From: an uncultured Planctomycetota bacterium
Lineage (GTDB): Bacteria > Planctomycetota > Planctomycetia > Isosphaerales > Isosphaeraceae
Length of the DNA stretch: 64,000 nucleotides
Assembly: GCA_963823665.1 (NCBI GenBank)
Contig: CAWGMQ010000007.1
Span: 128,001-192,000 of the forward strand
Direction: 5' to 3'
Shown: positions 40,953 through 62,568 of the stretch, piece by piece
How the letters are laid out: every line of letters starts with the position of its first letter
Numbering within the stretch: the first letter of the stretch is position 1
Notes under the pieces: generated by a model
Database searches by the model: none
The model's input: only the letters and a program-made list of their open reading frames with translations
What the model was told of the DNA's origin: nothing
Program-made: the position numbers and the translations under genes

Positions 40953-43952
40953 ATGAGCGGGTGCGCGACGCGTGAGCAGCTCGAACGATTTCTCTGTGAC
41001 CGACTGGATGCGGGCGATCTCGAGACGATCACCGAGCATCTGGAGGGATGCGCGGCCTGCGCTCTGTTGCTTGATGACCTCACACGTGCGACGCCGGACG
41101 AGCGTCGCTGGCCAAGAGCCCCGGAAATCGCCGAGGGAGACGCGCGCTTGCTCGAAGAGCTTAAAGCCGGCGGGCCGCGGCGCAGCGACCTGGATATTCC
41201 GGAACAACGCGGGACTGACGGCAGTGAAGAAGGACATTCGAGTCTGGACACGGAGATCAACTCTGCCGCGATTCGCGCTCGAACTGACCGCGGTGGGCGT
41301 GCTTTTCCTTCTATCGACGGCTTTCGGATCATCCGCGAGGTGGGACGCGGCGGGATGGGCGTGGTCTACGAAGCCGAGGAAGAACGGCTCAGCCGGCGTG
41401 TGGCGCTCAAGGTCTTGTCGGCGGGCGCGCACATGGAGCCCAAGCATGTCCTGCGCTTCGAGCGCGAAGCCCGCGCCGCCGCTCGATTGCACCACACAAA
41501 TATCGTGCCCGTCTACGGCGTCAGCGAGCAAAACGGGCACCACTACTACCTCATGCAATATATTGAAGGGAAGAGCCTGGCGGCCGTGCTGGATGAGCTG
41601 GTACGAGAGCGGTCAAACGCGCAGAATCTCTCTCGCCGGGGGCCGACTCTGTTTCGCTCGCTCGATCCGGGCGCGATGCCTACCGGCGACTGGCCCAGAT
41701 CGGATTGCAGGTGGCCGAGGCTCTCGACCACGCGCATCGCCAGGGCGTCTTGCATCGCGACATCAAGCCGTCCAACCTGCTCGAGGATCAGACCGGAGTG
41801 GTGTGGGTCGCCGACTTTGGCCTCGCGAAAACACAGGAGGCCGACGCCCTGACGAGTGCGGGTGAGCTGCTGGGAACAATTCGCTACATGGCCCCCGAGC
41901 GCTTCGCCGGCTACTGCGACGAGCGGTCGGATCTGTATGGCCTGGGCATCACGCTTTACGAGCTGGCCGCCCGCCGGAGGGCCTTCGACGCCGTTGATCG
42001 GTACGCGCTCATCGATGAATCACGACAAAAAGACCTGGTGGCGCTCGGCAAACGCGCGCCCGGGATTCATCGTGACCTTGAGACGATCATTCACAAAGCC
42101 ACCGACCGCGAACCGAACAGGCGCTACCAATCGGCGTCGGCACTTGCCGAAGATCTCCGCCGATTTCTCGACGACCGGCCGATCCAGGCCCGCCAACCAT
42201 CTGGCGCGGAGCGAATCGTGCGCTGGTGCAAGCGCAATCGCTGGGCCTCGGCGTTCTTGCTCGCACTCGGACTGGGGGCCATCGCCAGCGCCTGGCAGGC
42301 GATTCGCGCGACCTCTGCCGAGCACGCAGCCCGGCGTGCCGAGGGCACCGCGCGCAGCGAACGTGATCGTGCCGAGCGCGCCCGCGATCGCGCGTTAGGG
42401 GCGGTGCGCGAGCTTCTGATCTACGATGACGGTCGGGAGCCGGTTCTCTTGACCGACGAAATGCGCGCCACCCGCAAGCCGATCGTCGACGCCGGGCTGC
42501 GCGAGTCGCGGGAGCTCGTTCGCGAGCTTGAGGGTGACCCCAAGGCGGCTCTACAGCTTGGGGCAGCTTATCACACACTGGCACGCATCGAGATGGAGAC
42601 CCTTAACCAGCAGAAGGCCATCGAATCAGCCCGGGCCGGCGTGGCGACGGCTCTGGAGCTCAACAACCGTGAAGATTCCTGCGAAACAGCAAATTCATTG
42701 GGCAACGCGCTGCAACTCTTGAGCGTCGCGCTCCCCGACGGTCAGGAAAGCCGGCTCGCGGCGTCGCGATCGAACGCCCTTTTTGAAATGATGCTCGCCA
42801 GGTGGCCAGAAAAGAACGCGGAGCTCGGCGAAGCGCATGATCGTGAGCAATCACATCAACATGGGGCAGCGCGACAGCGACTATCTGAGATTTCGCGAGG
42901 CGATTGACCATTTCCGGATTGCGCATGACCTGTGGCAACAGTCGATCGACCAGTTCGGCTCGAGTCCTGGACGACAATCACTTTTGGCGACCATCGAGCT
43001 GTACGCGTGCAGAGCCTACCGGCGGAGTCAGCGCTACGATCTCGCGTTTCAATCGGGAATGCGGGCAGAGTCGATCTTTCGCTCGTTGTGGGCCCAGGAG
43101 CCTGATCAGCTCTTGTATGGAGCACAGCTCCAGCTAGCGTCCCAGGAGCTCGGTTTGGCATATCTCGATATGCGGAAGCCCGCCGAGGCGATCGCTGAGT
43201 TCGCGAAGGCCCGGCAGACGCTCAAGGCACTCTCCAGTAACCCAGGCTGTCAAGTTTCGCAGGCCGTCCACTTCAAAGGGCTTCTGGCCGAGGTCGACTA
43301 CAATGTCAAGGTCGCGACGGATTCCGATACCGTTGGCTTTGCTAGAACCCGGCGCGAGGTCATCGAAGAGGCCTACGAGATTTACGACAAACTTTCGTTT
43401 GTGTGGCCAGTCCCGCTTCGTGTCCAGCGAATCTACGCAGATGTTTGCTTTAACAAGGCCGTGTATCAAGAACAAGATGGCCTCCAGCCCGATCTCGGCT
43501 TGCTGCGAAAATCGGCGAAGATGTGGGACGAGTTCAACAGCGCGTCACCGGGCGCTATGGACGCACGGGGATTTCTCGTCATCGTGCGGCGGAAGCTCGC
43601 CGAAGTTCTCGAATCGCGGGGCGAGCCTGAAGAGGCGGCGCATTGGCGAGCGCTCTCGCTCACGACCGCTCGCGGAGATGCAGATTTGTTGTTCGAAATC
43701 GGACTGGAATACGCCCGGATGCTCGCTCAGGTCGACCGACTACCGCTGCGCCTCGATGCGAGCCAGCGCACCCGGCTCCGCAAGAGCCTGGCCGATGACA
43801 CGATTGCGCTGCTTCGCGAGGCCGTCGCCGTGGGTTTCAAAGATGCCGGACGGCTGCGCAGCGAACCGCTCCTGACGCCCTTCCGTACGAACGCGGCATA
43901 CCAGGCACTCCTCGCTGCGCCTGAACTCCCGCGCGACGTTTTTGCGCCATGA
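40953..43952 (+). CDS. Ser/Thr protein kinase with N-terminal HxxxCxxC zinc finger and TPR-like C-terminus, 2 frameshifts
   Basis: HLEGCAAC; GRGGMGVVY, VALK, HRDIKPSN, DFGLA, GT.RYMAPE. Confidence 0.88.
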
Positions 43953-43990
43953 TGAGCGGATCGATTTCGTGTTCCAGCGGAGGCGCGAAG

Positions 43991-44403
43991 ATGGCGAGTC
44001 GTCGAGTCCGATTGTTCCTCTCAGCGGTTGGCACGGGTCTTGTCCTCTTGACCATCGCCGCGACCAGTAGCTGGTTCAAAGGCGTCGCCGTGGCGAACGC
44101 GACGATCGCCGACGACAACCCCGGCAGCTCGCCGAAGCAGAGCTCGAACGCCACTCCCAACAAATCAACGTCCAGCGGCCGAGCGTCGCAAGCTCGATCG
44201 CAGGGAGCCGCTTCGACCCGAAATCAGGCGCTGGAGCCAAAGGCTGAGAAATTGCCCTCCCGCCTGAAACCTGGCAAGAGCACTGGTTCGAGCACAAGGA
44301 CCTCAAACCGCTCGCCAGGAAGGCATTCGGCTGGCCGGCGGAGTGGGACGACCTGTACAAGAAGGCGCGCGAGGACTTTCCGGAGATCAAATACAAATCC
44401 TGA
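43991..44403 (+). pseudogene. Secreted protein relic, frameshifted and probably internally deleted
   Basis: Signal peptide; alternative frame reads PPETWQEHWFEH..LKPLA.KAFGW..FPEIKY then stop. Confidence 0.45.
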
Positions 44404-44573
44404 TCCCGACCACGCTCCTCGCGGCCAAGATCGAGGCCGACCCCATGAGCGCGAGGCGCTTCTGGATCGGGGACCCGAACCGCCGCTGGTCGACGTCCCT
44501 GAAACTCGGCCGGGTGCAACGTCTGGTTCGGCCCCCAGGATCGCTGTAAAACTAACCGAATTTTTCCTTGCCG

Positions 44574-45453
44574 TCAGCGGACACGACCCAGGGAACGTAC
44601 CGCGATCAGATCGCGGGCCAGATCGTCGAGCGGTGATGTGCTCGGGCTATCGTCCTGAAGTGTGCCAATCGCCATGTCGACCAGGAGGCCCGCCGAGCCG
44701 GCCGCGGACAGGACAGCCAATCCTCGGGTCGGTTGGCCGGCGGATGCGGACCCGCTCGTGGTGACGTTGTCATCGCTGCCAGTCGTGACGGACCAACCCA
44801 TGCTCGAGAGTTCGACCGTCGAGACGGCAACCGACACGCCCGACACCAGTTTCACTTTCTGGTTCAGAACCGCAGACGTGCTGGTCGTGAAGTTGGCATC
44901 TCCGCTGTAAACGGCGGTGATCGAGTTGACTCCCACGGACAGCGTCGATGTTGAAAGCGTGGCCACGCCACCGCTGAGAGTAGCCGTCTCCAGCACAGCC
45001 GAGCCATCCATGAACTTCACCCTCCCCGTCGGCGTTCCGCCCCCTGGCGCGTTCGCCTTGGTTGTAGACACCGCCGCCGCCGGCGGTCGTGTTTCCGTTG
45101 GCGATTGTCAGACCGGTGATGCGCGCGGTCACACCGGGCCCCACGAAAAAGTCGCTGAAGTTCGACAATGGCCCGCCGCCCGAGATCGTGAGCGCCGACG
45201 CAGGCCCCTCGACGAGCTCTGGCCCTGACGTTTTGAGCAGCGCCAGCGTACCGGCCAAGGTGATGGTCTGGGGCGAGGAGAAGACAGCCGGGGAGAACTG
45301 GATCTCGCTGCCGTCGACGTTGGGGTCGCTGTTGGCCAGCCCGATGACGTACGGCAACGTACCCGAGTCTCCCGAGCCCGACGTGCCGTTGCCCGTCGAG
45401 ATGCCATGGCCGGGCGACGCCCGGCAGAACAGCTTCGTCGTAGGGTTCTCCAC
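44574..45453 (-). pseudogene. Relic of a large exported protein (N-terminal part fused out of frame to an Ig-like Big_3 domain)
   Basis: GTLPYVIGLAN..I.F..TITL..GP..LTISG; then TPTG.V.F.DG..ITAVYSGDANF. Confidence 0.65.
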
Positions 45454-45807
45454 CCATGCGGTCGAGCCGCAACCAGCGAGCCACTGCGCTGGTTCTTGAT
45501 CCGTCTCTTGAATTCAGCGATCTTCAGTTCCGCCAAGATGGCTCAGCACGTCCCGTGACGATTGTCTGTGACCTGCTGGAATTAGGCAAGTGCGCCCGGA
45601 AATATTTCCGCCTGGAGGAAATCAGACCTTTTCTCGCTTTGGTGTCGATCCGGCCGACCGTCGTTCTCACTTACTTTGGGGCTGAGGAAACTCACGTGCG
45701 GGAGGATCAGGCGGCGAGCTCTTTCGCCTGCCTCTCCCCGAACCTGTAATGTTGGCCGCCCGACATTGTCCGACCGGCAGCGGTTGCGTGAATGAGATAG
45801 TAATCAA

Positions 45808-46176
45808 CTACAAATGTTCACCAAAATACAAGGTATGACCTTGATTGTCCTGGATGACGATCTCCCTTGTATTCCAAGGCGTCTCGTGGACGTCTTTCAT
45901 CAATTCTACACCATTTGTCTTGAGCTCGGCAGCGAAGTCCCTGACGCCGCTCGTCACAAAGTAGAGGTGAAAGTGTTCGCCTTCCTCAACATATGCGATG
46001 GAAGGGTCTTTCTCATCCACAAGCTTCAAGTGGAAAATCTGTTCGCCCGCTCGGATGCCTGTGTAAAAATCTTGGTATTTGAACTCGACAGAGAACCCCA
46101 GCTTCTCCGTGTAGAAGCGGATGGATGAAGCCATGTCTGTCGTGCGCAACTGCGGCACGATGCCTGTGATCGCCAT
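45808..46176 (-). CDS. VOC/glyoxalase-family protein
   Basis: FYTEKLGF..TPW..RE..D..GH.LYF. Confidence 0.85.
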   Translation of the reverse strand: MAITGIVPQLRTTDMASSIRFYTEKLGFSVEFKYQDFYTGIRAGEQIFHLKLVDEKDPSIAYVEEGEHFHLYFVTSGVRDFAAELKTNGVELMKDVHETPWNTREIVIQDNQGHTLYFGEHL

Positions 46177-46281
46177 GTGTTGCCCCGTAGCTGCGAATGA
46201 CATGCTTTACTCACTACAATGGGTCGAGAATACCAGAACTCTCTGTAGTTCAAAACGATCTGGCGCCTGGAGGGTGACGTC

Positions 46282-46650
46282 ATGAGCGACAAGTGGTATG
46301 CGCGGCCGGTGCTGTTCGTGGCGGACGTCGACCGATCGATCGATTTCTACGTGAAGCAGCTTGGGTTCAGCAATCAGTGGCGTTATGAGGAAGAGGGTCA
46401 GGCTCTGGTCGCTCAGGTTGAGCGAAAGGGCTGCGAGCTCATTCTCTCCTCGCAATGGCCCGACAAGGTGGGCAAAGGCCTCATGTTCATCTCGCTCGAT
46501 GTCGAAGTGCTCAATAACTTGCGTGCTGAGCTGGAAGGAAAGGGCGTGGACGTCAAAGACGGGCAGTGGGGGTACAGGCTCATGGTCATTGTTGACCCCG
46601 ACCGCAACGAGCTTTACTTTCCTTACCCCTCGGACGATAAGGCAAATTGA
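46282..46650 (+). CDS. VOC/glyoxalase-family protein
   Basis: FYV..LGF..WG.R...DPD.NEL.F. Confidence 0.85.
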   Translation: MSDKWYARPVLFVADVDRSIDFYVKQLGFSNQWRYEEEGQALVAQVERKGCELILSSQWPDKVGKGLMFISLDVEVLNNLRAELEGKGVDVKDGQWGYRLMVIVDPDRNELYFPYPSDDKAN

Positions 46651-46675
46651 ACTTACCGGCACATGTTACGGATAC

Positions 46676-56011
<9,336 letters not shown>

Positions 56012-56359
56012 GGAAGTCTCCTCTTCGGGTTGAGTGGTTGCCCTTCGATGCGGTCAGGTGCCATTGGGGTGCTTTGGCGATGCGGTTGCTGGGATCGCGG
56101 CGCGCAGGGCGGACGTCCGGCCCCGGTCTGGGACGCGTCGGTCAGTCGGCGGCGGTGGCTCTTCAGCGATGAATCTTCAAAGATTAATCAGATCGTATGG
56201 GCTGGTACTGTCATGGAAGATCTCTCGATCTCCCGGAAGGAGCGCAGCACGTCCTCGGCCGTTGCGAGCGGTTGCATGACGAGTCTCCCGTGGGTTGACC
56301 GGCCCGGCCGGTCAGTAGTCGGTCGGCGACGGAGGCGGCCATCGCGGCCCGGCGCCTCG

Positions 56360-56400
56360 CCTCTAAGGTAAGACCTGCGCGAATGGGGCCGGGCGTGCCG
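56360..56400 (-). promoter_or_regulatory. Putative ECF-dependent promoter of the 3111-aa gene
   Basis: GCGCAGGT-N7-TAGAGG, also present at 62120-62140 upstream of the ECF gene. Confidence 0.5.
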
Positions 56401-56534
56401 AGAATTCCCAAAAAAGTCCAGGCGTGCTCCAGTCGGGCTCGGCCAGAGCCGGGGATCGGCGGGCGGAGCCCGCCTCCTACAGGACCGATGCACCGGCCGC
56501 CGGACCTGCCCGGTCGGGGGGACGGTGCGCTCAC

Positions 56535-59500
56535 CTACAAAGGACCGAATGGGCTGGCTGGGAACACGAGGTCCTGCAACAGCGCCTCGGCCTCGTCGAC
56601 GCCCAGGCCCCGGATGGTCACCATCGCCTCGACGGCCACATCCCGGGTCGCCTCCTCCGCCAGGCCGCTCCCCAGCCGCTCGAGGGCGCGGTCGCAATCG
56701 CTTCGCGCCTCATCAAGGCGGCCCAGGTGATGGCAGGCCAGGGCCAGCAGGAAACCATCGAGGGCCGAGGCATCGGGCCGCGCGGCGGCCCGGGACAGGA
56801 TGGCGGCGGCCGAGGCCCAGTCGCCGATCAAGAGGTAGGCCGCCGCGAGCCGCGTCAGGCCATTCCGCTTCTCGTCGGCCTTGATGCTCCTCAATCGCGG
56901 TTCGAACAGCGGGAACGGCCGGTCGTCACCGACAGGCGAAACCGGCCAGGTGTGCTTCGTGCGTACTTCAGCCGGGAGGCCAGCTCCACCCGCAACCTCA
57001 TGCCGGCACCGGTGCCGATCGGTCGGGCGGTCTGAAAGACGGCCCAATGAGGCCGGCCCACCTGCGGCCAGATCGACCAGGCGGTATTCGGATCGGTGTC
57101 GAGGGAACCGCCTGCCACCCTTGGGGGCGTACATTGGCTCCGAAAAATCGGCGCACGGCCCGGGACAGGCGGACCGGGACCGCGGCCGACTGCCCGGAGA
57201 CGGTGTACAGTCGGATCGAGTCCAGGTGGAAGTTGCCTCCGTTGTCCCGCCCCGGCCCCCGGTGCGGGAGGCTCGGGTCGGGGATCGCCTCGAGCCGCAA
57301 TCCCGTGATCCCTGACAGACCGGTCATGGCCTCGACCGTGTATGTGTCGACGGCCGGGTTCGGCCCGCCGGCCAGGACCGAGTCGTCGGGCAGCCGGGTC
57401 AGTGTGGTGCCGGCGGCGGAGGTCATCGCGTCGGGCCGGAGGACGGTCCAGCCCGCCCTTGCCTCGGCCTCCGGGAGCAGCTCGGCCAGGGCCGCGGCGG
57501 CCGCTCTCGTCGTCGGGCGCGCTGGAGAGCCGTCGTTCGAAGAGGGACCGGGCCCTCGCACGGACTGTCGCCGACCCCTCCGGCCAGCCGAGGCGCCCGA
57601 GCAACCGGCTGAGGTCGATCCATCGCCCGGGGTCGTCGGGCAGGGCCTCCATGGCCCGGCTCATGGCCGCCTGCGCCCTGGCGAGTCGCCGCGGCGATAC
57701 AGGGAGACGGCGTGCTCGATCCAGGGGGACGCGTCCCCACCCGGAATCGCGGCGGCCCGCGCGGCGGCGGCAAGGGCGCCGGCGGCGTCGCCCGCCTCGG
57801 CCAGGGCGCGGCTGCGGCGCAGCCAGCCGGCGAGATCGCCGGCCCCGGGCTCGGCCGCCAGATCCGACCCGGGTCCGAGGTCCCAGAGGTTCAGTAATGA
57901 CAGGAATTGGCCGGCGATCCGGGAACCGTCGGGGCTGAAGGCCATCCGTGGGGTGTAACCGCCCCCGCCGATGGGCGGACCGAAGCCGCGGAGCACCAGC
58001 ATCTCCTCGCCGGTCCGGGCGTCGGCGAGGTGGACGTTGCCGTCGTACCCCAGCGCCGCCAGCCGCTTCCCGTCCGGGGTGAACCGCGACGCAACTGACT
58101 TGCTTCGGCCCCGGCTTCGTGATCAAGGTGCCTGCGGCGAGGTCCCAGAGGTGGACCTTCATCCCCTCGTAATCCGCGACGGCGAGCCGGACTCCATCCG
58201 GGTGGAACGCCAGGGACTTGACGCGGCCGACGCGGTCCAGCGTCCCGAGCACGGCCCCCGTCTCCGCGTCCCAGGCGGTGACCCAGCCCGGGGCTCCCCG
58301 CTTGCCCCCACCGGCCGCGAGCCTGCGGCCGTCGCCGCTGAAGGCGAGGGCCTCGAGCCGGGGTCGGCCCCGCCTCGAAGGTTCGGATCGCCCGGCTCGA
58401 GGCGAGGTGCCAGAGGGTCACGACCGGACGGCCCCGTCGGCCCGCCCTCCGCCGCGGTCGCCAGCGACCGGCCGTCGGGGCCGAATGCGACGGCCGTGAC
58501 CGGCCCGGTCGATCCACGCAGCGTGGCGACCGTGCGCCCGAGGACGACGTCCCAGACCCCGACGACCGTCGGGTCCTGTCGCGTCGGCGCCGCAAGCCGC
58601 GTGCCGTCGGGACTGAAGGCGAAGTCCCCGCGGGGCCAGTCGCGGGAGTTCGTCACCGGGAGCGACGGCTCGTATTCCACGGTGCCATCGACCGGTCGGC
58701 GGAGGCCAGGAGACCGTCCGCGAGCCAGTCGCACCCGAGGACCCGGAGGCCATCGCGATCGAACGTCAGGGCACCGATCTGGGCGGGCCAGCCCGGAATG
58801 CCCCGGCCGCGCGGGTCGCGGTCCGGGTCGAAGGACCTTGATTCCCCCCATCCCCCAGCCGGCGGCGTCGAGCCGGCGGCCGTCGGGGCTGAAGCTCAGG
58901 CCGCTGACGTTCATCAACCCGGTGAACAGGGCGGCGCGCTCCCGGCCATCCGCCGCGTCGAACACCCGCACGATCCCTTCCATCCCGCCCGTCGCCAGCC
59001 GGCTGCCGTCGCGGCTGAAGGCGATCGATGTCAGGTCCGCGACGTGCTCGACCCGGAACACCCTCTCCCCGCTCGTCGTGTCCCAGACGCAGAGCCACCA
59101 GCCGAGTGAGTCGCTGCTGGAATCCCACAGGTGGCGGCCAGCCGGCGGCCGTCGGGCGACCAGCAGAGCGAGTGGACGCTACCCGGTTGCCTGAGGACAG
59201 GCTCGAGCAGCCGCTCCGCCCGCGGCCTCCCAGGGGCGGACCTCCAGCCCGGCGTCACCGACCAAGGCCGAGGCGATCCGGGTGCCGTCCGGGCTCCAGG
59301 CCACCGATCGGGCATTCTGCGTCGATCCGGGCCGTCTCACGCCCGGTCTCGGGATCCCAGATCCGGAGGAGGCCTTCCTCCGCAACGCTCGCGAGCCGCC
59401 GGCCGTCCGGGCTCCAGCTCAGCCCCCCGCCGCGCTGCGCCAATTCGAGGCCCAGGCTGATCGTCCTGAGCTTCCTGCCCGCTGCCGGTGTCCCAGACCC

Positions 59501-61462
59501 GGATCGTCCCCTCTTCGCCGAAGGTCGCCAGGCGTCTCCCGTCGGGCCGGAAGGCGACGGTCAAAACGAACCGCAGGTGACCGTTCAGCTCGTGCCGGAC
59601 CCGGCCCTCAGGCAGGCTGATCAGGTAGGCCGGGACGGGCGGGTACTCGCCGCGGCTCAAGCTGAAGGGGGAGGAGCAGCCGACCGCCAGCAGCCGGCCG
59701 TCGGGGCTGACGGCGACGGCTTGCGTGGCGGGTGACGATGGGCAGCGGCAGGGTCCTGAGCTCGGGGTTACACCACTGGTCGAGGTAGGACCACTCCCAG
59801 CCGCGGCGGTCCGGCTCGCCCGGCCCCGGGCGGCACAGGTCCAGCAGGCCGCGGGCCGTGGCGAAGGTCGAACAGGCGGAGGGCGCCGTCGGCCTGGCCG
59901 ATCCGGGCGATGTAGAGGTTCTGCTCGGCCCGCTCGCGCTGCGGCCTCCGCCTGTGAGCTTCTCGCCGCTCGTTCACCCCGGCGAGGGCCACTCATCCGC
60001 CGGGCGACGAGCAGCGAGGAGATCGTCGCCACGAGCAGGACCACCGTCAGCACTCCCCCCGAGGACCGCGATCACCGGGTTGCGCCGGGCCCAGCGGAGC
60101 GTACCGCTCCGGCGCCGCCGACCCGCCGCGCCAGGATCGGCTCGTCGTCGAGGAACCGCCGCAGGTCCTCGCCCATCGCCTCGGCCGTCGCGTAGCGGTC
60201 ACCCGCGTCCTTCTCGATCGCCTTGAGGACGATCGTCTCCAGGTCGCGGGGGATCCGCGGGTCGATCGACCGCGGCCGGGGCGGCTCGACGCTCTTGATC
60301 TGCTCGGAGAGCGCCAGGCGATCGGGCGAGTCGAACGCCGGCCGCAGGGTCAGCAGCTCGTAGAGGGTCAGCCCCAGCGAGTAGACGTCGGCCCGGGCGT
60401 CGCCCTGGCCGCGGAACCGCTCCGGTGCCATGTAGCGGAGCGTACCCAGGACGTCGCCGGTCCTGGTCAGGTCCTCGTCGTCGACCTTGGCCAGGCCGAA
60501 GTCGCTGACCCAGACGACGCCCTCGGTGTCGAGCAGGAGGTTCGACGGCTTGATGTCGCGGTGGAGGATGCCGCGGGCGTGGGCGTACGCCAGGGCCGAG
60601 GCGACCTGTCGGCCGATTTGCGCCACCCCGCGATGGAACGCCCGGTGCCGCGATTCGACCGCCGAGAGCTGTGCCCCGCCCGGCATCACGGCCGACGTGT
60701 CCGGGACGGCCGTGGGGGCCGACCCGGCCGGGGCCGGTTCGTCGGAGGCGCTCGGGGCCTCGCCGCCGGCCGCCGACCGCGCCGGGCCCGGATCGAACTG
60801 GCCGGTCAGCAGGGATCGGGCCACCCCCAGCTCTCCGGCGAGCCCGCGCGTGCCCGAGTCGTCCGGCCGGGTCTCCTTCGTGGCCGCCCGGGGTCGGCCG
60901 CCGGCTGCGCCCTCGCAGGGATCGGCCCCGCAGCCGCCGTAGCTCGTCGATGACCGCGTCCAGGCTCTGGCCCTGGATGAACTGCATCGCGTAGTAGCTG
61001 GACGTCGCCCTCCTGGCCGATCTCGAAGACCGGCACGATGTTGGTGTGGTGCAGCCGGGCCGAGGCGCGGGCCTCGCGGCGGAACCGCTCCAGGGCGTGC
61101 GGTCCCGACCAGCCTGCCAGGGCAGCACCTTCAGGGCCACGCGGCGGCCGAGCGAGACCTGCTCGGCCTCGTAGACCACCCCCATGCCCCCGTGGCCGAT
61201 CTCGCGGATGATCCGGTAGTCGCCGACCTGCGACAGCGGCCGGGTCCGGCGCCTCCGCCTCTCGCAGTCCTGGACAGATCTCCTCGACCTGCTCGACCGT
61301 GACCAGCGCCGGGAAGAGCTCGCGGATCTCGTCGGCCAGCTCGGGGTACCGCTCGGCATACTCCTTCGGACCGTGGGCCGCTCGCCGCGGCGGCAGTCGG
61401 TCGGCGAACTCGTCGGCGAGTCGATCGAGCAGGTCGTAGTCCTTCGAGTCGTCGATCGACAT
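56535..61462 (-). CDS. Ser/Thr kinase with WD40 repeats, TPR-like region and C-terminal beta-sandwich-like domain; heavily frameshifted
   Basis: GHGGMGVVY, HRDIKPSN, DFGLA, YMAPE; many (F/W)SPDG.RLA repeats across frames. Confidence 0.8.
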
Positions 61463-61466
61463 GGAT

Positions 61467-62108
61467 CTAAAAACCTTGCAGGTCGCCTGGCCTCGTCGCC
61501 AGGATCGGCTTGAGCCGCCTCGAGGGCCCGGATGTACCGCTTCGCCACGGCTTCCTCGGTGATCCCCAGGATCTGCGCCGTCTCGGCCCGGCTGAGCTGC
61601 TCGAAGTGTCGCAGCGCCACGACTTCGCGGTCAAGGGGGTCCAGCGCGTTGAGGGCCTCCTGGACCCGGAGTACCATGCTCGGCCCGCACCGCCGCCTCG
61701 GAGGGCGAGGTGAGGTGGCCCAGCAGCATCGAGGCCAGGGCGGCCGAGCTGGCCTGGGGCAAGCGGATCGCGGTAGAGCGAGACCTCCTGGCCGACGTCG
61801 CGCATCTTGGTGCCCAGGTGGCGGCGGTGGGCGATGGCCAGCCGCTCGGCCACGACCAGCCGCAGCCAGAGGAATGGCGGCAGCTCGGGGCGCCGGAGGT
61901 AGCCGTCCAGGCGGGCGGCGGCGTCGAGGAACGCGTCCTGGAGCACGTCGGAGGCGTCGAGCCGGCCCTGGATCCGAGCGTCCATGCGCAGCTCGACCAT
62001 CCGGTGGAGGCGATCCCGGTGGCGCTGGAACAGGTCCGTGAGCGCCTGGCGGTCGCCGGCGCGCAGCCTCTCGACGAGTTGCCCGGTGTCGGTCGAGTCG
62101 GATGGCAT
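61467..62108 (-). CDS. ECF sigma factor (kinase-associated type), frameshifted
   Basis: RHRDRL.RMV.LRMD.R.QGR.DASDVLQ; DREV.ALRHFEQLS..E.A..LGI..KRY.RAL. Confidence 0.85.
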   Translation of the reverse strand: MPSDSTDTGQLVERLRAGDRQALTDLFQRHRDRLHRMVELRMDARIQGRLDASDVLQDAFLDAAARLDGYLRRPELPPFLWLRLVVAERLAIAHRRHLGTKMRDVGQEVSLYRDPLAPGQLGRPGLDAAGPPHLALRGGGAGRAWYSGSRRPSTRWTPLTAKSWRCDTSSSSAGPRRRRSWGSPRKPWRSGTSGPSRRLKPILATRPGDLQGF

Positions 62109-62119
62109 GTTGAGACCTC

Positions 62120-62160
62120 CCTCTATCATCTTACCTGCGCACCGGCGGGGGACTGGGACA
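62120..62160 (-). promoter_or_regulatory. Putative autoregulatory ECF promoter
   Basis: GCGCAGGT-N7-TAGAGG. Confidence 0.5.
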
Positions 62161-62165
62161 GTCAT

Positions 62166-62392
62166 TGCCCGCTTCGCGCGCTACTTCAAATCGTTGCCGG
62201 AGCACCTCAGTCCGGAAGACGTCCGCGCCGACCTCGTTCACCTCGTGCAGGATTGGGCTTCGTGGTCGTTGCCTCCGTGGCGGTCGGCAGGCTGCTGGTG
62301 CTGGCGCGCTTGGCCGAAGCCCTCCGGGCGTTTGACTCACACTGCGTGACTGTCGACCTGGGGACTCTGCGGAATAAACGAAGGAATTGGAA
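62166..62392 (+). repeat. About 230-bp direct repeat, copy 1, containing a decayed integrase N-terminal (SAM-like) fragment
   Basis: Translates ARFARYFKSLPEHLSPEDVRADLVHLVQ; homologous to 63765-64000. Confidence 0.7.
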
Positions 62393-62568
62393 TCCAGCGA
62401 CTTTGAGGAAACTCGGATAAAGTCGGAACGCGCTTTCGGTCGAAAAAATCATGTGCTCACCTGGTCGCAGCGACTGCGCGTCGATGGGTTCCGGGCGAGA
62501 GCATACATGCGGGTGTCCCGCCTGCAAGTAGCCGGGATGCTCTTGATTCGTACGCTGGGGGTCGACCG

